Below, in pieces: positions 47,835-56,309 of a stretch of 64,000 nt of DNA; within the stretch, counting starts at the first letter, position 1; each line of letters begins with the position of its first letter. Location of the stretch: positions 1 through 64,000 of IMG/VR virus record IMGVR_UViG_3300006914_000013; one strand, given 5' to 3'. The notes below the pieces were generated by a model, which had not been told where the DNA came from, ran no database searches, and saw only the letters and a list, made by a program, of their open reading frames with translations. Origin of the DNA: a virus. Both the position numbers and the translations under genes were made by a program.

Positions 47835-48086
47835 TTACTTGCTGCCCTTGACTTTGCCCAGTTGCAATTGGTCGAGCAGGCGGTCGAACGCCCGGACAGG
47901 CACGGCGCGATAGCGCGGCGAGGTCTTTTCGGTGAGCCAACCGGACACGCTGTCACGGGCATAGCCGGTGAACCGAGCCAGGTCGACATGGGTGAGGTTG
48001 TGCTTTTCGATGATGTGACGGATGAACAAAAGGCGTTCGTCGTCAGTCAATTTTTCGCCGGTCGTAGGAAGGAAATGCGGATTCAT
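47835..48086 (-). CDS. HTH (Xre/Cro-like) DNA-binding protein
   Basis: LTHVDLARFTGYARDSVSGWL helix-turn-helix. Confidence 0.75.
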   Translation of the reverse strand: MNPHFLPTTGEKLTDDERLLFIRHIIEKHNLTHVDLARFTGYARDSVSGWLTEKTSPRYRAVPVRAFDRLLDQLQLGKVKGSK

Positions 48087-48233
48087 TAAGCGCCCCGGTC
48101 AACCCCCCAAAACGGGAGGACAATGTGCCCAGCACAGAAGGTCGAGGGAAAAAAACGCCCGGTTTCCCGGGCGATAAAATTTGAGTGCCGTCCTTTCGCC
48201 TGGGCCGGTCACTCGCACGCTTACCCTCAAGAC

Positions 48234-48758
48234 TCAAGTATTAACCACGTTCCCATTTCCTGCCGAAAACTCGTCTACAGGCCCCGGTTTTACTGGGTTT
48301 TCAACTCGCAACAGGGGGGACTCGGCGCCGCGCACTTCGGCCTCTTTTGCGAGCAGCGCCGCCTCGGTCGGGAAGGGTTGAATGGGGACCATGCGGGTGT
48401 TGGTCAGGCGTTGAATGGCCACCGGGCGTTTGTTGCTGCGGTAGCGAATTCCGTTCTCGTCGACGGTCGGACGGAACAGGCGATAGTCCGCTTCCTGCAC
48501 ACCCCTGGCCCTCAAATGCTTGCGCAAATTGAACAGCGATGGGTTGTTCGGCAGGCTGATCAGGAACAGGTCGCCGGGAACACACTGGTTGTACCGCAGC
48601 GCGACGGAGTCGTAGAGGATGGTGGCGGGCTGGCCATGCGAGCCCTTCACCCGACCTTGGCTGGTCACGGTCTCAAACGCCATGGTGCCTTGCTTGATAA
48701 TCTTGAAGTGAGTGTCGTCTTTTGACCACTCGGTCAGGGGAGTGCGCCTTTTGGTCAT
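48234..48758 (-). CDS. Hypothetical protein
   Basis: AGGAAG SD, plausible ORF. Confidence 0.55.
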   Translation of the reverse strand: MTKRRTPLTEWSKDDTHFKIIKQGTMAFETVTSQGRVKGSHGQPATILYDSVALRYNQCVPGDLFLISLPNNPSLFNLRKHLRARGVQEADYRLFRPTVDENGIRYRSNKRPVAIQRLTNTRMVPIQPFPTEAALLAKEAEVRGAESPLLRVENPVKPGPVDEFSAGNGNVVNT

Positions 48759-48807
48759 AGCTGCTTCCTGGTGGTATGAGCGACGGTGATCCTCCGTCGC
48801 ATACCTT

Positions 48808-49266
48808 TCAGCTTAGCCGGTAAAACCCTGACATCGGCAGGGTCAGCAAGGGTTTGAATACCTCCGGCGAACCTTGCTCATCCACCGCTGGCACCACACG
48901 CAGGGTGTCGCAGTCCATTCTAAATTCCAGCGACTGCCACGGCCCTTTGGGGGGGCCGAGCCGACTGACTCGGACCTGCAACACTTCCTCCCCCTGGTCA
49001 CCGATGGCGAAGAACTGGAAGCGTGCGGCGTCGTCGACCGGGTGCCCTTCCTGTTCGGCCCACTGGACGATCGCCTTGGCGCAGCGGCCCGCGAGGACAC
49101 GCAGCGCAGCGAGCGGTTGGACCGAGCTGTCACGGCAGGGGTCAAACTTTCGGTACCGGGCGACAACCCGTTCCAGCGGGCTGCGGGGATCGCGGCACAC
49201 AGGCGGCGGGAGTCCACGCTTGGCACGGTGGTTCGCAAGGCTCAGGACATTACTTTGGCTCATCAT
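48808..49266 (-). CDS. Hypothetical protein
   Basis: AAGGAA SD; overlaps the upstream gene. Confidence 0.6.
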   Translation of the reverse strand: MMSQSNVLSLANHRAKRGLPPPVCRDPRSPLERVVARYRKFDPCRDSSVQPLAALRVLAGRCAKAIVQWAEQEGHPVDDAARFQFFAIGDQGEEVLQVRVSRLGPPKGPWQSLEFRMDCDTLRVVPAVDEQGSPEVFKPLLTLPMSGFYRLS

Positions 49267-49996
49267 GGTGGTATTCCTTTTCAGGTGGGTTTAACAACCG
49301 CAAGACCCAGTGCTCTTTGAACAGCTGCTTGCGGGTGGTGGGGTCGGGATCGACCGTGACGCCGGGTTGCGGGGCGAGGAACTGAATGCGTTCCAGCGGG
49401 ACCGCGTTGGGGTGTTCCAGTTTCAGCACGGGCCGGGGCAGCCCGAGCAGCGGGCTTCGTTCCTGCAGGTAGGCGGCTCGTTGAAACGGGTCCTCCAGCT
49501 GCACGGCCAGTTGTTCCAGTTCGTACTCGTTGTAGTCGCTGGCGAGGAACCACAGCACCGTCCAGCTCTCACCTGGTAGAGCCAGTCCGAGCAGGTCGGT
49601 GGCGCAGTACAGGGCGAACTCGGCTTCCTCGGGCTCCAGCAGCACCCCCTCTGGCCAAGTCTTGTCGATTTCCGAGAGGGGGAACAGCGCACCCGACCAG
49701 CTGCTGCGAGCCATGGCGCGCAAGGTGTAGGCAGCCCAGCGGTCACCGGTGAAACCCAGCGCCAGGGTCCACACGCCCGGCTCCAGTTCCGACAGGCCCA
49801 CCGATTGCAAACGGCGCAGGGCTTCCGAGCGCATCCAATACGTCAGGAAGGTTTCCCCGGCGTCCCCGGGTTTGACTTCGATCCACTCATCCCCGTCGCC
49901 GTCCTGCGGCTCGATCTTGAAGGCCCGGCACGGTGAATGGTCATAGGTAAGCGCCGCGAGCCGTTGTTCCTGCTCGCGGATCTGTTCAGGGGTCAT
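49250..49996 (-). CDS. Hypothetical protein
   Basis: Start MTPEQIREQ with GAGGA SD, 1 bp after the upstream stop. Confidence 0.65.
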   Translation of the reverse strand: MTPEQIREQEQRLAALTYDHSPCRAFKIEPQDGDGDEWIEVKPGDAGETFLTYWMRSEALRRLQSVGLSELEPGVWTLALGFTGDRWAAYTLRAMARSSWSGALFPLSEIDKTWPEGVLLEPEEAEFALYCATDLLGLALPGESWTVLWFLASDYNEYELEQLAVQLEDPFQRAAYLQERSPLLGLPRPVLKLEHPNAVPLERIQFLAPQPGVTVDPDPTTRKQLFKEHWVLRLLNPPEKEYHHDEPK

Positions 49997-49997
49997 A

Positions 49998-50261
49998 TCA
50001 AAGTTCCTCAATGAGTACGGGCACTTCCAGCAAGCGGTCAACGCTAAAGCTGCGCAAGCCCTGGGCTTCGGTGTCCCACACCAGCAGGTTGCCCGCAGGC
50101 ATCGGCCGCCCCGGTTTCGCCTCGGCGTCAACCGGTGGCGGGGGTGGCATGCGGGAGGGGTGGAGGGTCGCGAGCAGGGTGCGCTCGCTGTTGTCGGCTT
50201 TCAGAAAAACTATGCGGGTCACGCCTTTTTCCAGCAGCGCACGCAGTTCTTGAATGTGCAT
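49998..50261 (-). CDS. WYL_2/DUF2693-like SH3 beta-barrel protein
   Basis: F.K.D..ER...ATL...VWD.E..G.RSF..DRL. Confidence 0.7.
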   Translation of the reverse strand: MHIQELRALLEKGVTRIVFLKADNSERTLLATLHPSRMPPPPPVDAEAKPGRPMPAGNLLVWDTEAQGLRSFSVDRLLEVPVLIEEL

Positions 50262-50399
50262 CGGGCACCTCTTCTCGGGCGTCTTAGATCACCTGAGAGT
50301 AGCCGAGAGGTTTGGAATTCTGGATTCCCTGCCACACTTAGAGGGGGCTTGTGCCCTTCCCTCTTTTCAGCTGAGCCCGTTGCGGGCCTGGAGAACGCC

Positions 50400-50606
50400 G
50401 TGAGCAACCCCCCTACCCCTGTCCCAGCGAAGAAGGTCAAGCCTTGGCCGGAAGCGCACGCCACCAACGGCGCGTGGGAGAGTAATTCGAACACTGGCCG
50501 GGCGCAGACCTGCATCCAGTTCCTGCAGGCCCACGGTTTCCTCAATGACCATCAGGCCGATGCGCTGCGCACGCAGGTAACGGAACGCAGCGCCGCCACC
50601 GACTAG
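50400..50606 (+). CDS. Small hypothetical protein, lone plus-strand gene
   Basis: GGAG SD and GTG 50400; fills the gap between minus-strand genes. Confidence 0.5.
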   Translation: MSNPPTPVPAKKVKPWPEAHATNGAWESNSNTGRAQTCIQFLQAHGFLNDHQADALRTQVTERSAATD

Positions 50607-51043
50607 TCCGCGCCGAGCTGCGCCCGCAGCTCCTTGATCGCTTCCTTCGCGTTGGGGTGACGTTGGGCCAACAGGTCCAGCGTCTCCCCGATGGCGTTGC
50701 TGCTGATGCGTTCCTGAATGGACAGCTCGCGTTCCGTGGCCTGCAACATCGACCACATCAGCGTCTGCCGGTCCATCCACCACTCCATCGCCACCAGGCA
50801 TTCCGAGTTCATGCTGCGTAAATGCACGCGGGCGTAGCGCGCCATGCGGTGGCGCATGTCGTCCGGCATGCGCACCACGAACTTGTCTGCTGTCCGGGAG
50901 TCACCACCGCCGTAGTTGGTACGCGGGATCGGCACCGGCACTTCCTTGGGCAGCACCTGGAAGAACGATTGCGACGCAGGTTCTGGCCTCTGCAACGCGG
51001 CACGGGCACGGGTCAGCAGGCTATCAATGTCACTCAAAACCAA
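50603..51043 (-). CDS. amrZ: Arc-family ribbon-helix-helix regulator, AmrZ/AlgZ-like
   Basis: [16 protein letters not shown]......AR...RSMNSE matches the Pseudomonas AmrZ DNA-binding domain. Confidence 0.85.
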   Translation of the reverse strand: MVLSDIDSLLTRARAALQRPEPASQSFFQVLPKEVPVPIPRTNYGGGDSRTADKFVVRMPDDMRHRMARYARVHLRSMNSECLVAMEWWMDRQTLMWSMLQATERELSIQERISSNAIGETLDLLAQRHPNAKEAIKELRAQLGAD

Positions 51044-51264
51044 GTCTCCACGATGTCGGGGGCGTCACAGTCCGCTCTGCCCATAGGGTACAAACCAAAG
51101 GGCAGCAGGGCGCGCACGCCCTCCAGGGTTGTCGCTGAAACGGTTTCCCCGGTCGGCACCACCTGCCCCGCGATCGCCAGCGCTTTGTGGGCGATGTATA
51201 TCTCGGGGTGGTTGGCCGGGCGTAGGTACACCGTCCACATGGCCAAGTAGCGATCCGCTCCCAT
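51034..51264 (-). CDS. Hypothetical phage protein
   Basis: WTVY..P..HP..Y ... D.PDIVETW. Confidence 0.65.
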   Translation of the reverse strand: MGADRYLAMWTVYLRPANHPEIYIAHKALAIAGQVVPTGETVSATTLEGVRALLPFGLYPMGRADCDAPDIVETWF

Positions 51265-51275
51265 TCATGCGCCCC

Positions 51276-51692
51276 TCAGAGAAAAGTGCAGGGGCGCCAG
51301 GTCGGCGCCCGCTTCGGTTTGGGGAAGCGCAGGTAGCGGTCATGCAGGCGCAGAGCATCGTAGCGCTGCATGCGCAAGACGTAAGCCTGCACCACCTCGA
51401 CCATGTCCTTGTGCCCGGCTTCCGCTTCGGCCCAGGTGCAATAGCGCATCTGTTCTTCGTTGAGAAACCCGCCGCCGAAGACCATGGTTTCAAACAACAC
51501 TGGCGGGTGGTTGGGGCCGTACCAGTTGTGGTCAATGCTGAGAAACACCGTGCTGATCCACACCTTGCCAACATAGTCTGCGGCTACCCGGCGGACCTCC
51601 CGCGACGTTTCATACCACTTGGCCCACTCCATCAGGTCGCGGACCTTCACGGGCGTGTGACCGTCCAGGATGTACTTGTCGTCGACGAACAT
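51276..51692 (-). CDS. Hypothetical phage protein
   Basis: ISTVFL.IDH...P.LFETMVFGG...RY.TW.EAEAGH motif seen in phage early genes. Confidence 0.7.
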   Translation of the reverse strand: MFVDDKYILDGHTPVKVRDLMEWAKWYETSREVRRVAADYVGKVWISTVFLSIDHNWYGPNHPPVLFETMVFGGGFLNEEQMRYCTWAEAEAGHKDMVEVVQAYVLRMQRYDALRLHDRYLRFPKPKRAPTWRPCTFL

Positions 51693-52102
51693 CAGCCGCG
51701 TTTCATCCAGGTCAGGACCGTCTCTAGCCCGTACTGTTCAGTCCACGCCAAGAGAGTCTTGTGATCGCGGCGTCTGGACATCACGGTTTCCCCGGTGTGC
51801 GGGTTGGTCCAGAGCTTGTCCTTATGGGCGTCGTACCCGGCCTTCACTCTGCTGGCTCTGCCTGTTTTAGTCAGGGCCGGGGTTTTTACTTCCGCTTCCT
51901 TGGCGGCCCCATACTGCGCTTCAAGGAAGCCGTACAGCTTCGCTTTGCTGAACGAATGCTTGGTCAGCAAGGCCTCTAACTCAGAACTGAACTCTAACTC
52001 CCGCTTCAACTCCGGGTCGTTCTTGAGTTCTTCAAGGGCGGTAACTTGTTTCGCTAGCGCTAATTCCGCCGCAGTGTACAGGGCAATTTTCTCAAACATC
52101 AT
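51692..52102 (-). CDS. mvaT: MvaT/MvaU-family nucleoid protein, copy 2
   Basis: ELEF...L..L N-domain; NPHTGE.V......HKTL..W...YG...V..W C-domain. Confidence 0.85.
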   Translation of the reverse strand: MMFEKIALYTAAELALAKQVTALEELKNDPELKRELEFSSELEALLTKHSFSKAKLYGFLEAQYGAAKEAEVKTPALTKTGRASRVKAGYDAHKDKLWTNPHTGETVMSRRRDHKTLLAWTEQYGLETVLTWMKRG

Positions 52103-52132
52103 AACTTCCTTAGTATTGAATTAGCGCCGGAC

Positions 52133-52501
52133 TTATTCTTGCAGCCAAGTATGCACGACAACTTCGCCGTACTTTTCTGCCCACTCCCTGTACTTAGAAT
52201 GGCTAAGACGTTTGATCGTCAGGCGCTCTCCGGTGTGCGGGTTAAGAAAAGTCTTGGCTGGCTCGCGATTGACCACCTTGCGCTTGCCGCCCGTGGCTTT
52301 ACCTTCTGCTGGCCGAGGCTCCACACCTAAGAGGGCCGCCACCGTTTCGCGGCTAACATCGAAGTCTTCCATCAGACGAGTTAATGCAGCTTCGAACTCT
52401 AACTCGCGCTTGAGCGCGATGTCGTTTTTAAGTGCTTCAAAAGCCGCGAGTTGTTTGCCCAGCTCTAGTTCCGCAGCGCGGAACTCTGCAATTTTAGACA
52501 T
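52133..52501 (-). CDS. mvaT: MvaT/MvaU-family nucleoid protein, copy 1
   Basis: MSKIAEFRAAE..L..QL...EALK.D..LKRELEFE; NPHTGE...W..KYG..VV..W. Confidence 0.88.
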   Translation of the reverse strand: MSKIAEFRAAELELGKQLAAFEALKNDIALKRELEFEAALTRLMEDFDVSRETVAALLGVEPRPAEGKATGGKRKVVNREPAKTFLNPHTGERLTIKRLSHSKYREWAEKYGEVVVHTWLQE

Positions 52502-52567
52502 GACCGATTCCTTACTACTCAAATAAAACGGGCTGCCAATACGGCAGCCCGGCGCAGGGTGTGTGAC

Positions 52568-53185
52568 CTAAGCCCGGTGTTCGCAGACTTCTTCTTTGAT
52601 GCTGATCTGGATCGTGGAAAGCACCGTGAAGCCGTAGCTACGCGCCTTGCGGCCCGCTGCCAGTTCGGCTTCCAACTGGCTGCCCTGGAGTTCTTCGTGG
52701 AAGAACGGCAGTTCCAGACCGTCCGGTCGGCGGATGCGCAACAGCACTTCGACGCGACGTTTGAGGACACTGAATTCAACGCGGGGCTTAACTGGAACCG
52801 GAACGCTAGGCTTAGCAATTAGCGGCTTGATAGCAGCTTTAGCTTTAGGTTTCGGTGGGGGGACGGCAGAGGATATAACGGTGTCGATGCCTAACGCTAA
52901 GCGCATCTGTTGCTCAAGCTCATCACGCTCGGCTTGCTGCTTAGCGGCTGGCGTTAGCTGCTGATCAGGGGCGGTGAAGGAAAAAATTAACTCTTCTAAG
53001 GGGGCATCACGGAGAGCGGCTAACTCCCGTTCCTGCGCTTCACGTAGGCGGCGAGCTTCTTTTTTCTTTGAGACGAAGTGCTGGTGTTTAGGGGTAGGTT
53101 CTTCAACGTAGGCAGCTAACATCGCCTGTATTTGAGAGTCCATTTCCGCCAGCTTACTAAATCCTGATCCCGCATTTAAAGCCAT
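52568..53185 (-). CDS. Hypothetical protein heading the lower-GC mvaT cassette
   Basis: ATG 53185 with AGGAG SD; AT-richer codons. Confidence 0.65.
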   Translation of the reverse strand: MALNAGSGFSKLAEMDSQIQAMLAAYVEEPTPKHQHFVSKKKEARRLREAQERELAALRDAPLEELIFSFTAPDQQLTPAAKQQAERDELEQQMRLALGIDTVISSAVPPPKPKAKAAIKPLIAKPSVPVPVKPRVEFSVLKRRVEVLLRIRRPDGLELPFFHEELQGSQLEAELAAGRKARSYGFTVLSTIQISIKEEVCEHRA

Positions 53186-53240
53186 TCGTTGGCTCCTAAT
53201 TGTAATGTTGCCAGTCAGTCCGTGGGTTGTAAGGTGCCTA

Positions 53241-53270
53241 TCATTTAAAAGAATATCAAGCCCTTGACAA
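53241..53270 (-). promoter_or_regulatory. Possible sigma70 promoter of the mvaT cassette
   Basis: Minus strand TTGTCA, 16-17 bp, TTAAAT/TAAATG in an AT-rich intergenic region. Confidence 0.4.
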
Positions 53271-53346
53271 CAAAATGCTATCAACCTCGCGCAATGGAAA
53301 ACCTCGGCTACACTACGCCGAAAATTTCCCACCCTGTTGGGTTAAC

Positions 53347-53613
53347 TCACAGCAGTGCGAGCGAGCTACCACTTAGGTCCCATTCCTGCGCAGCCCACAA
53401 CAGCACGTCTTTCATGGGCAGGCCGGTCTGTTCCGCCACCGGGCGGTAGCGTTCGAACAGGGTCTGTGCGCCCGCTTCCCGAAAGTGAAACTCGGTGCCG
53501 GCACCGCGGTTGTACAGCACCGAGGGCAGCATAAAGTCGATGTCCAGGTACTGCCCTTCCCCGCGAGCTTTTCGACAGGCGGTGAGGATCTGCGTGGCCA
53601 ACGGTGCGTTCAT
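53347..53613 (-). CDS. Hypothetical protein
   Basis: GAGGA SD; coupled to the upstream gene. Confidence 0.6.
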   Translation of the reverse strand: MNAPLATQILTACRKARGEGQYLDIDFMLPSVLYNRGAGTEFHFREAGAQTLFERYRPVAEQTGLPMKDVLLWAAQEWDLSGSSLALL

Positions 53614-54002
53614 GGCTGGTCCTCGATCGGCGGGATTTCGTCGTCGCAGCATTCACACTGCAACGGTTCTGAGTACCGCAGCTCCGTGGCCACCACCCGG
53701 AGCAGGTAACTTTCCGGGTGGCGCAGGCCGTAGAGCAGATCGCGCAGCAGCACGCGCATGCAGCGCCGACAGATCGCCCGGCCTTCGTCGGTGATGCAGA
53801 CGAAGCGCCGGCCTTCCACGGCGTCCTCCAGAAAGCGCAGCGTGGCGCGCAGCTGGTGCCCGTCGCTGATCTGGTAGAACACGTCACGGTAACCGGTGCG
53901 CAGGCGCTTGCCGGTGCGCCGGTCGTACAGATCGCCGTGGACCTCTTCGTAGTGCCCTGGCTGTGGAAACAGGTCGAGCTGGTTACGCGACGGATACCCC
54001 AT
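53610..54002 (-). CDS. Hypothetical protein with CxxC motifs
   Basis: TDEG..IC..C ... C.CC. Confidence 0.65.
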   Translation of the reverse strand: MGYPSRNQLDLFPQPGHYEEVHGDLYDRRTGKRLRTGYRDVFYQISDGHQLRATLRFLEDAVEGRRFVCITDEGRAICRRCMRVLLRDLLYGLRHPESYLLRVVATELRYSEPLQCECCDDEIPPIEDQP

Positions 54003-55125
54003 GACCTGCCCCCTCGGCGTCCATGAACGCTTCTATGAAGACTTGAGCCGCTTGCGCGTTGACGGCATTGCCATAGCCGCGCAGGCGTCCCACTCGGCCG
54101 GGTATCCCATGAGCCAGCGGGAATGTTCCGGCCTCAACTGGCCGCCACTTTCCATCCCGGCAGCCGAGCCAGTCAGCAGTTCGCCAGAAGCCGTTAACCG
54201 GGCCGGGGTGCAGAGGTACGCCTGCCTCGGGAGCTGGTCGTTCCGTTCCCGGCCGTCCCGGGTGGCCACCATGCCCGGGGTGTCCTTGTGGTCCCGGGTG
54301 GTCGGCGTGGTCCAGCCGCACAGGTGATACGACACGACTTCCACCGTCTTGCGGGAGCTGTCGTTGTTCCCCGCTGCGTTGTTGCCGTTCTGCGCTGGCG
54401 TCCCGGCCATCGGCGTCGGCCAGCCCGCGAGCTGGGTGCAAGTGTGCAAGGCCATCCCGCCCTGCTTGTTCGCCGAGTTCCCCGGGCCGTTGGTGTCCGA
54501 GGTCTTGGGTGTCGGCCAGCCTGTCAGCGTTACCGCTGCCGCCAAGTCCGGCCCGTGATTGCGCATAGCTTCCCGCAGACCACCCTCGGGTGAACGCACT
54601 CCCTTGTCGGCCAGGCTGGCTGTTGGCGTAGGCCACCCAGTACAGTCGGTCACGAATGTGCGGCGCACCGACCCCCGCAGACGGGAACGGGACGGCCCCA
54701 AAGGCGTAATCCAGGGCTTCCAGGTTAGCGTGTACAAGGTCGACCCAAGGGTCGACAGCCTTGCTCGCAACTTGCTCTCCAAAAACGACTGAAGGCTTTG
54801 ACTGCTCGATGAGCCAGGCAAAACTTGGCCAGAGGTGTCTTGGGTCCTCAAACCCCGCTCCAATGCCTGCCGCGGAGAAAGGCTGACACGGACAAGATCC
54901 AGTCCAAACAGCCCGGTCATCAGGCCATCCGGCGGCACGCAGGGCATAAGACCAGCCGCCAAGGCCGGCGAAGAAATGGCACTGGGTGAAGCCGAACAGG
55001 TCACGGGGTTCGACATCCTCGATACTCCTTTCATCCACGATGCCGGGGGCGATCAGGCCCTCGGCGATCAGGTTGCGCAGCCATTGCGCAGCGTAAGGGT
55101 CAATCTCGTTGTAATACGCGGCCAC
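53983..55125 (-). CDS. C5 cytosine DNA methyltransferase, alpha chain (no motif IX in frame)
   Basis: YNEID, HFFAGLGGW, GSCPCQPFS (catalytic), GEQV, HIRDRLYWV, RLRGYGNAV. Confidence 0.92.
   Translation of the reverse strand: MAAYYNEIDPYAAQWLRNLIAEGLIAPGIVDERSIEDVEPRDLFGFTQCHFFAGLGGWSYALRAAGWPDDRAVWTGSCPCQPFSAAGIGAGFEDPRHLWPSFAWLIEQSKPSVVFGEQVASKAVDPWVDLVHANLEALDYAFGAVPFPSAGVGAPHIRDRLYWVAYANSQPGRQGSAFTRGWSAGSYAQSRAGLGGSGNADRLADTQDLGHQRPGELGEQAGRDGLAHLHPARGLADADGRDASAERQQRSGEQRQLPQDGGSRVVSPVRLDHADHPGPQGHPGHGGHPGRPGTERPAPEAGVPLHPGPVNGFWRTADWLGCRDGKWRPVEAGTFPLAHGIPGRVGRLRGYGNAVNAQAAQVFIEAFMDAEGAGHGVSVA
54033..55016 (-). CDS. Alternative-frame methyltransferase beta chain with four WPTP modules and motif IX
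   Basis: ~1 kb open in a second frame inside the MTase; AAGGAG SD before ATG 55016; ends GQLRPEHSRWLMGYPAEW. Confidence 0.75.
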   Translation of the reverse strand: MSNPVTCSASPSAISSPALAAGLMPCVPPDGLMTGLFGLDLVRVSLSPRQALERGLRTQDTSGQVLPGSSSSQSLQSFLESKLRARLSTLGSTLYTLTWKPWITPLGPSRSRLRGSVRRTFVTDCTGWPTPTASLADKGVRSPEGGLREAMRNHGPDLAAAVTLTGWPTPKTSDTNGPGNSANKQGGMALHTCTQLAGWPTPMAGTPAQNGNNAAGNNDSSRKTVEVVSYHLCGWTTPTTRDHKDTPGMVATRDGRERNDQLPRQAYLCTPARLTASGELLTGSAAGMESGGQLRPEHSRWLMGYPAEWDACAAMAMPSTRKRLKSS

Positions 55126-55128
55126 GGG

Positions 55129-55347
55129 TCACCCCCACTTCTGCAATTGGACCGAAATGACTTGGTCCGTGGGGTAGTGCTGGGCCAGCCAGAGATAGGC
55201 CGCGTCGTAGTCGGCCGCCAACACCGGCACCTGCCAGCGCCACCCGTTGGGCTGTTCCAGGGTGACCAGGTAATAGTTATGCCGCAGGGCGAAGTGCTTC
55301 GCCCACCAGGCTTCCAGACACGACTTGGCTTGCAGAATCCAGAACAT
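55129..55347 (-). CDS. Hypothetical protein
   Basis: GAGGG SD; operonic. Confidence 0.55.
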   Translation of the reverse strand: MFWILQAKSCLEAWWAKHFALRHNYYLVTLEQPNGWRWQVPVLAADYDAAYLWLAQHYPTDQVISVQLQKWG

Positions 55348-55356
55348 GCCCAGCCC

Positions 55357-55890
55357 TCATGCGTTGGCCAGCAGCTCATTGATTCGTTCAACCAGCACGG
55401 TGGTGGACACCTGCTTGCGCGAGCCCTTCACCAGCTTCACCTGGATCAGGTTGCACAGCTGGCGCAGCAGCGGTTCGACGCTGCCATAGGTGCGTTCCAG
55501 GCGGCGGGTCAGCGAGGTTTCCGGGAATTGCCAGTCGGTGTACTCGCGGCCGTTGACCAGGCGCATGGTCGGCGGCAGGGGCGGCCATACCGCTTCCTGC
55601 GCCTGACTCTCGGCGTTGTAGACCTTCGGGGTGTACGCCGCGCTCACGCTGCGCGGCATCATTGAGCCTTCGGCATCCCGGCCGCCGCCTTCAAACCCGG
55701 GCAGGGCCACGATGCTGTACGTCAGTTCACGATGTTTGACCTGCACGGCCACCGCCAGAATCTCGGTTCCGCACGGCAAGGTGCGCCGCAGGGTGCGCAG
55801 GGTCAACGGCGTGGCCGTGCCTGCTTTAGGGGTGGCGGGGGAGGAATTGACGGGGGGTTCCATGCAAACCAATGGATTCATCATGAACAT
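55357..55890 (-). CDS. Hypothetical protein
   Basis: GGAG SD; coding-like. Confidence 0.6.
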   Translation of the reverse strand: MFMMNPLVCMEPPVNSSPATPKAGTATPLTLRTLRRTLPCGTEILAVAVQVKHRELTYSIVALPGFEGGGRDAEGSMMPRSVSAAYTPKVYNAESQAQEAVWPPLPPTMRLVNGREYTDWQFPETSLTRRLERTYGSVEPLLRQLCNLIQVKLVKGSRKQVSTTVLVERINELLANA

Positions 55891-55931
55891 GTCAGGCTCC
55901 GAGGCTGATCATTCAGCCGTTTAGTTATGTC

Positions 55932-56216
55932 CTAGTGCAGCTGGTGAATCGTGACGCTGTCTGCCAGCCCATCGGTCGCCCACAAAGCGACCGGGCAGGA
56001 TTGAACCTTCGGGTCAAACAACCCGAACAGGATTCGTGGGTCCACAGGGGGTGCGCCGTTCTGCAGGCGGTAGCCGGTAAGCGCGGCCAGCACAGCAGGG
56101 AAATCGGCGCATTGGATTACGGTTTCGGTGAAGGCTACACAGCCTGTGTCGACCTGCCACCGCTTCTTACTGACTACATGCACGTCGATTCTCCGATCAA
56201 CTTGCGCCCTAGTCAT
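55932..56216 (-). CDS. Hypothetical protein
   Basis: Fills a gap; atypical codon usage. Confidence 0.4.
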   Translation of the reverse strand: MTRAQVDRRIDVHVVSKKRWQVDTGCVAFTETVIQCADFPAVLAALTGYRLQNGAPPVDPRILFGLFDPKVQSCPVALWATDGLADSVTIHQLH

Positions 56217-56263
56217 TTAACGATAGTCGGGGTTCCCAAACCCGATGTTAGAAACCCGAAAAT

Positions 56264-56307
56264 CTGATTGCAGATTGCCATTTGTGAATTGTGAACTGTG
56301 AATTCAC
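56264..56307. repeat. Degenerate heptamer array (TGAATTG type)
   Basis: ctgattg cagattg ccatttg tgaattg tgaactg tgaattc ac. Confidence 0.8.
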
Positions 56308-56309
56308 GG

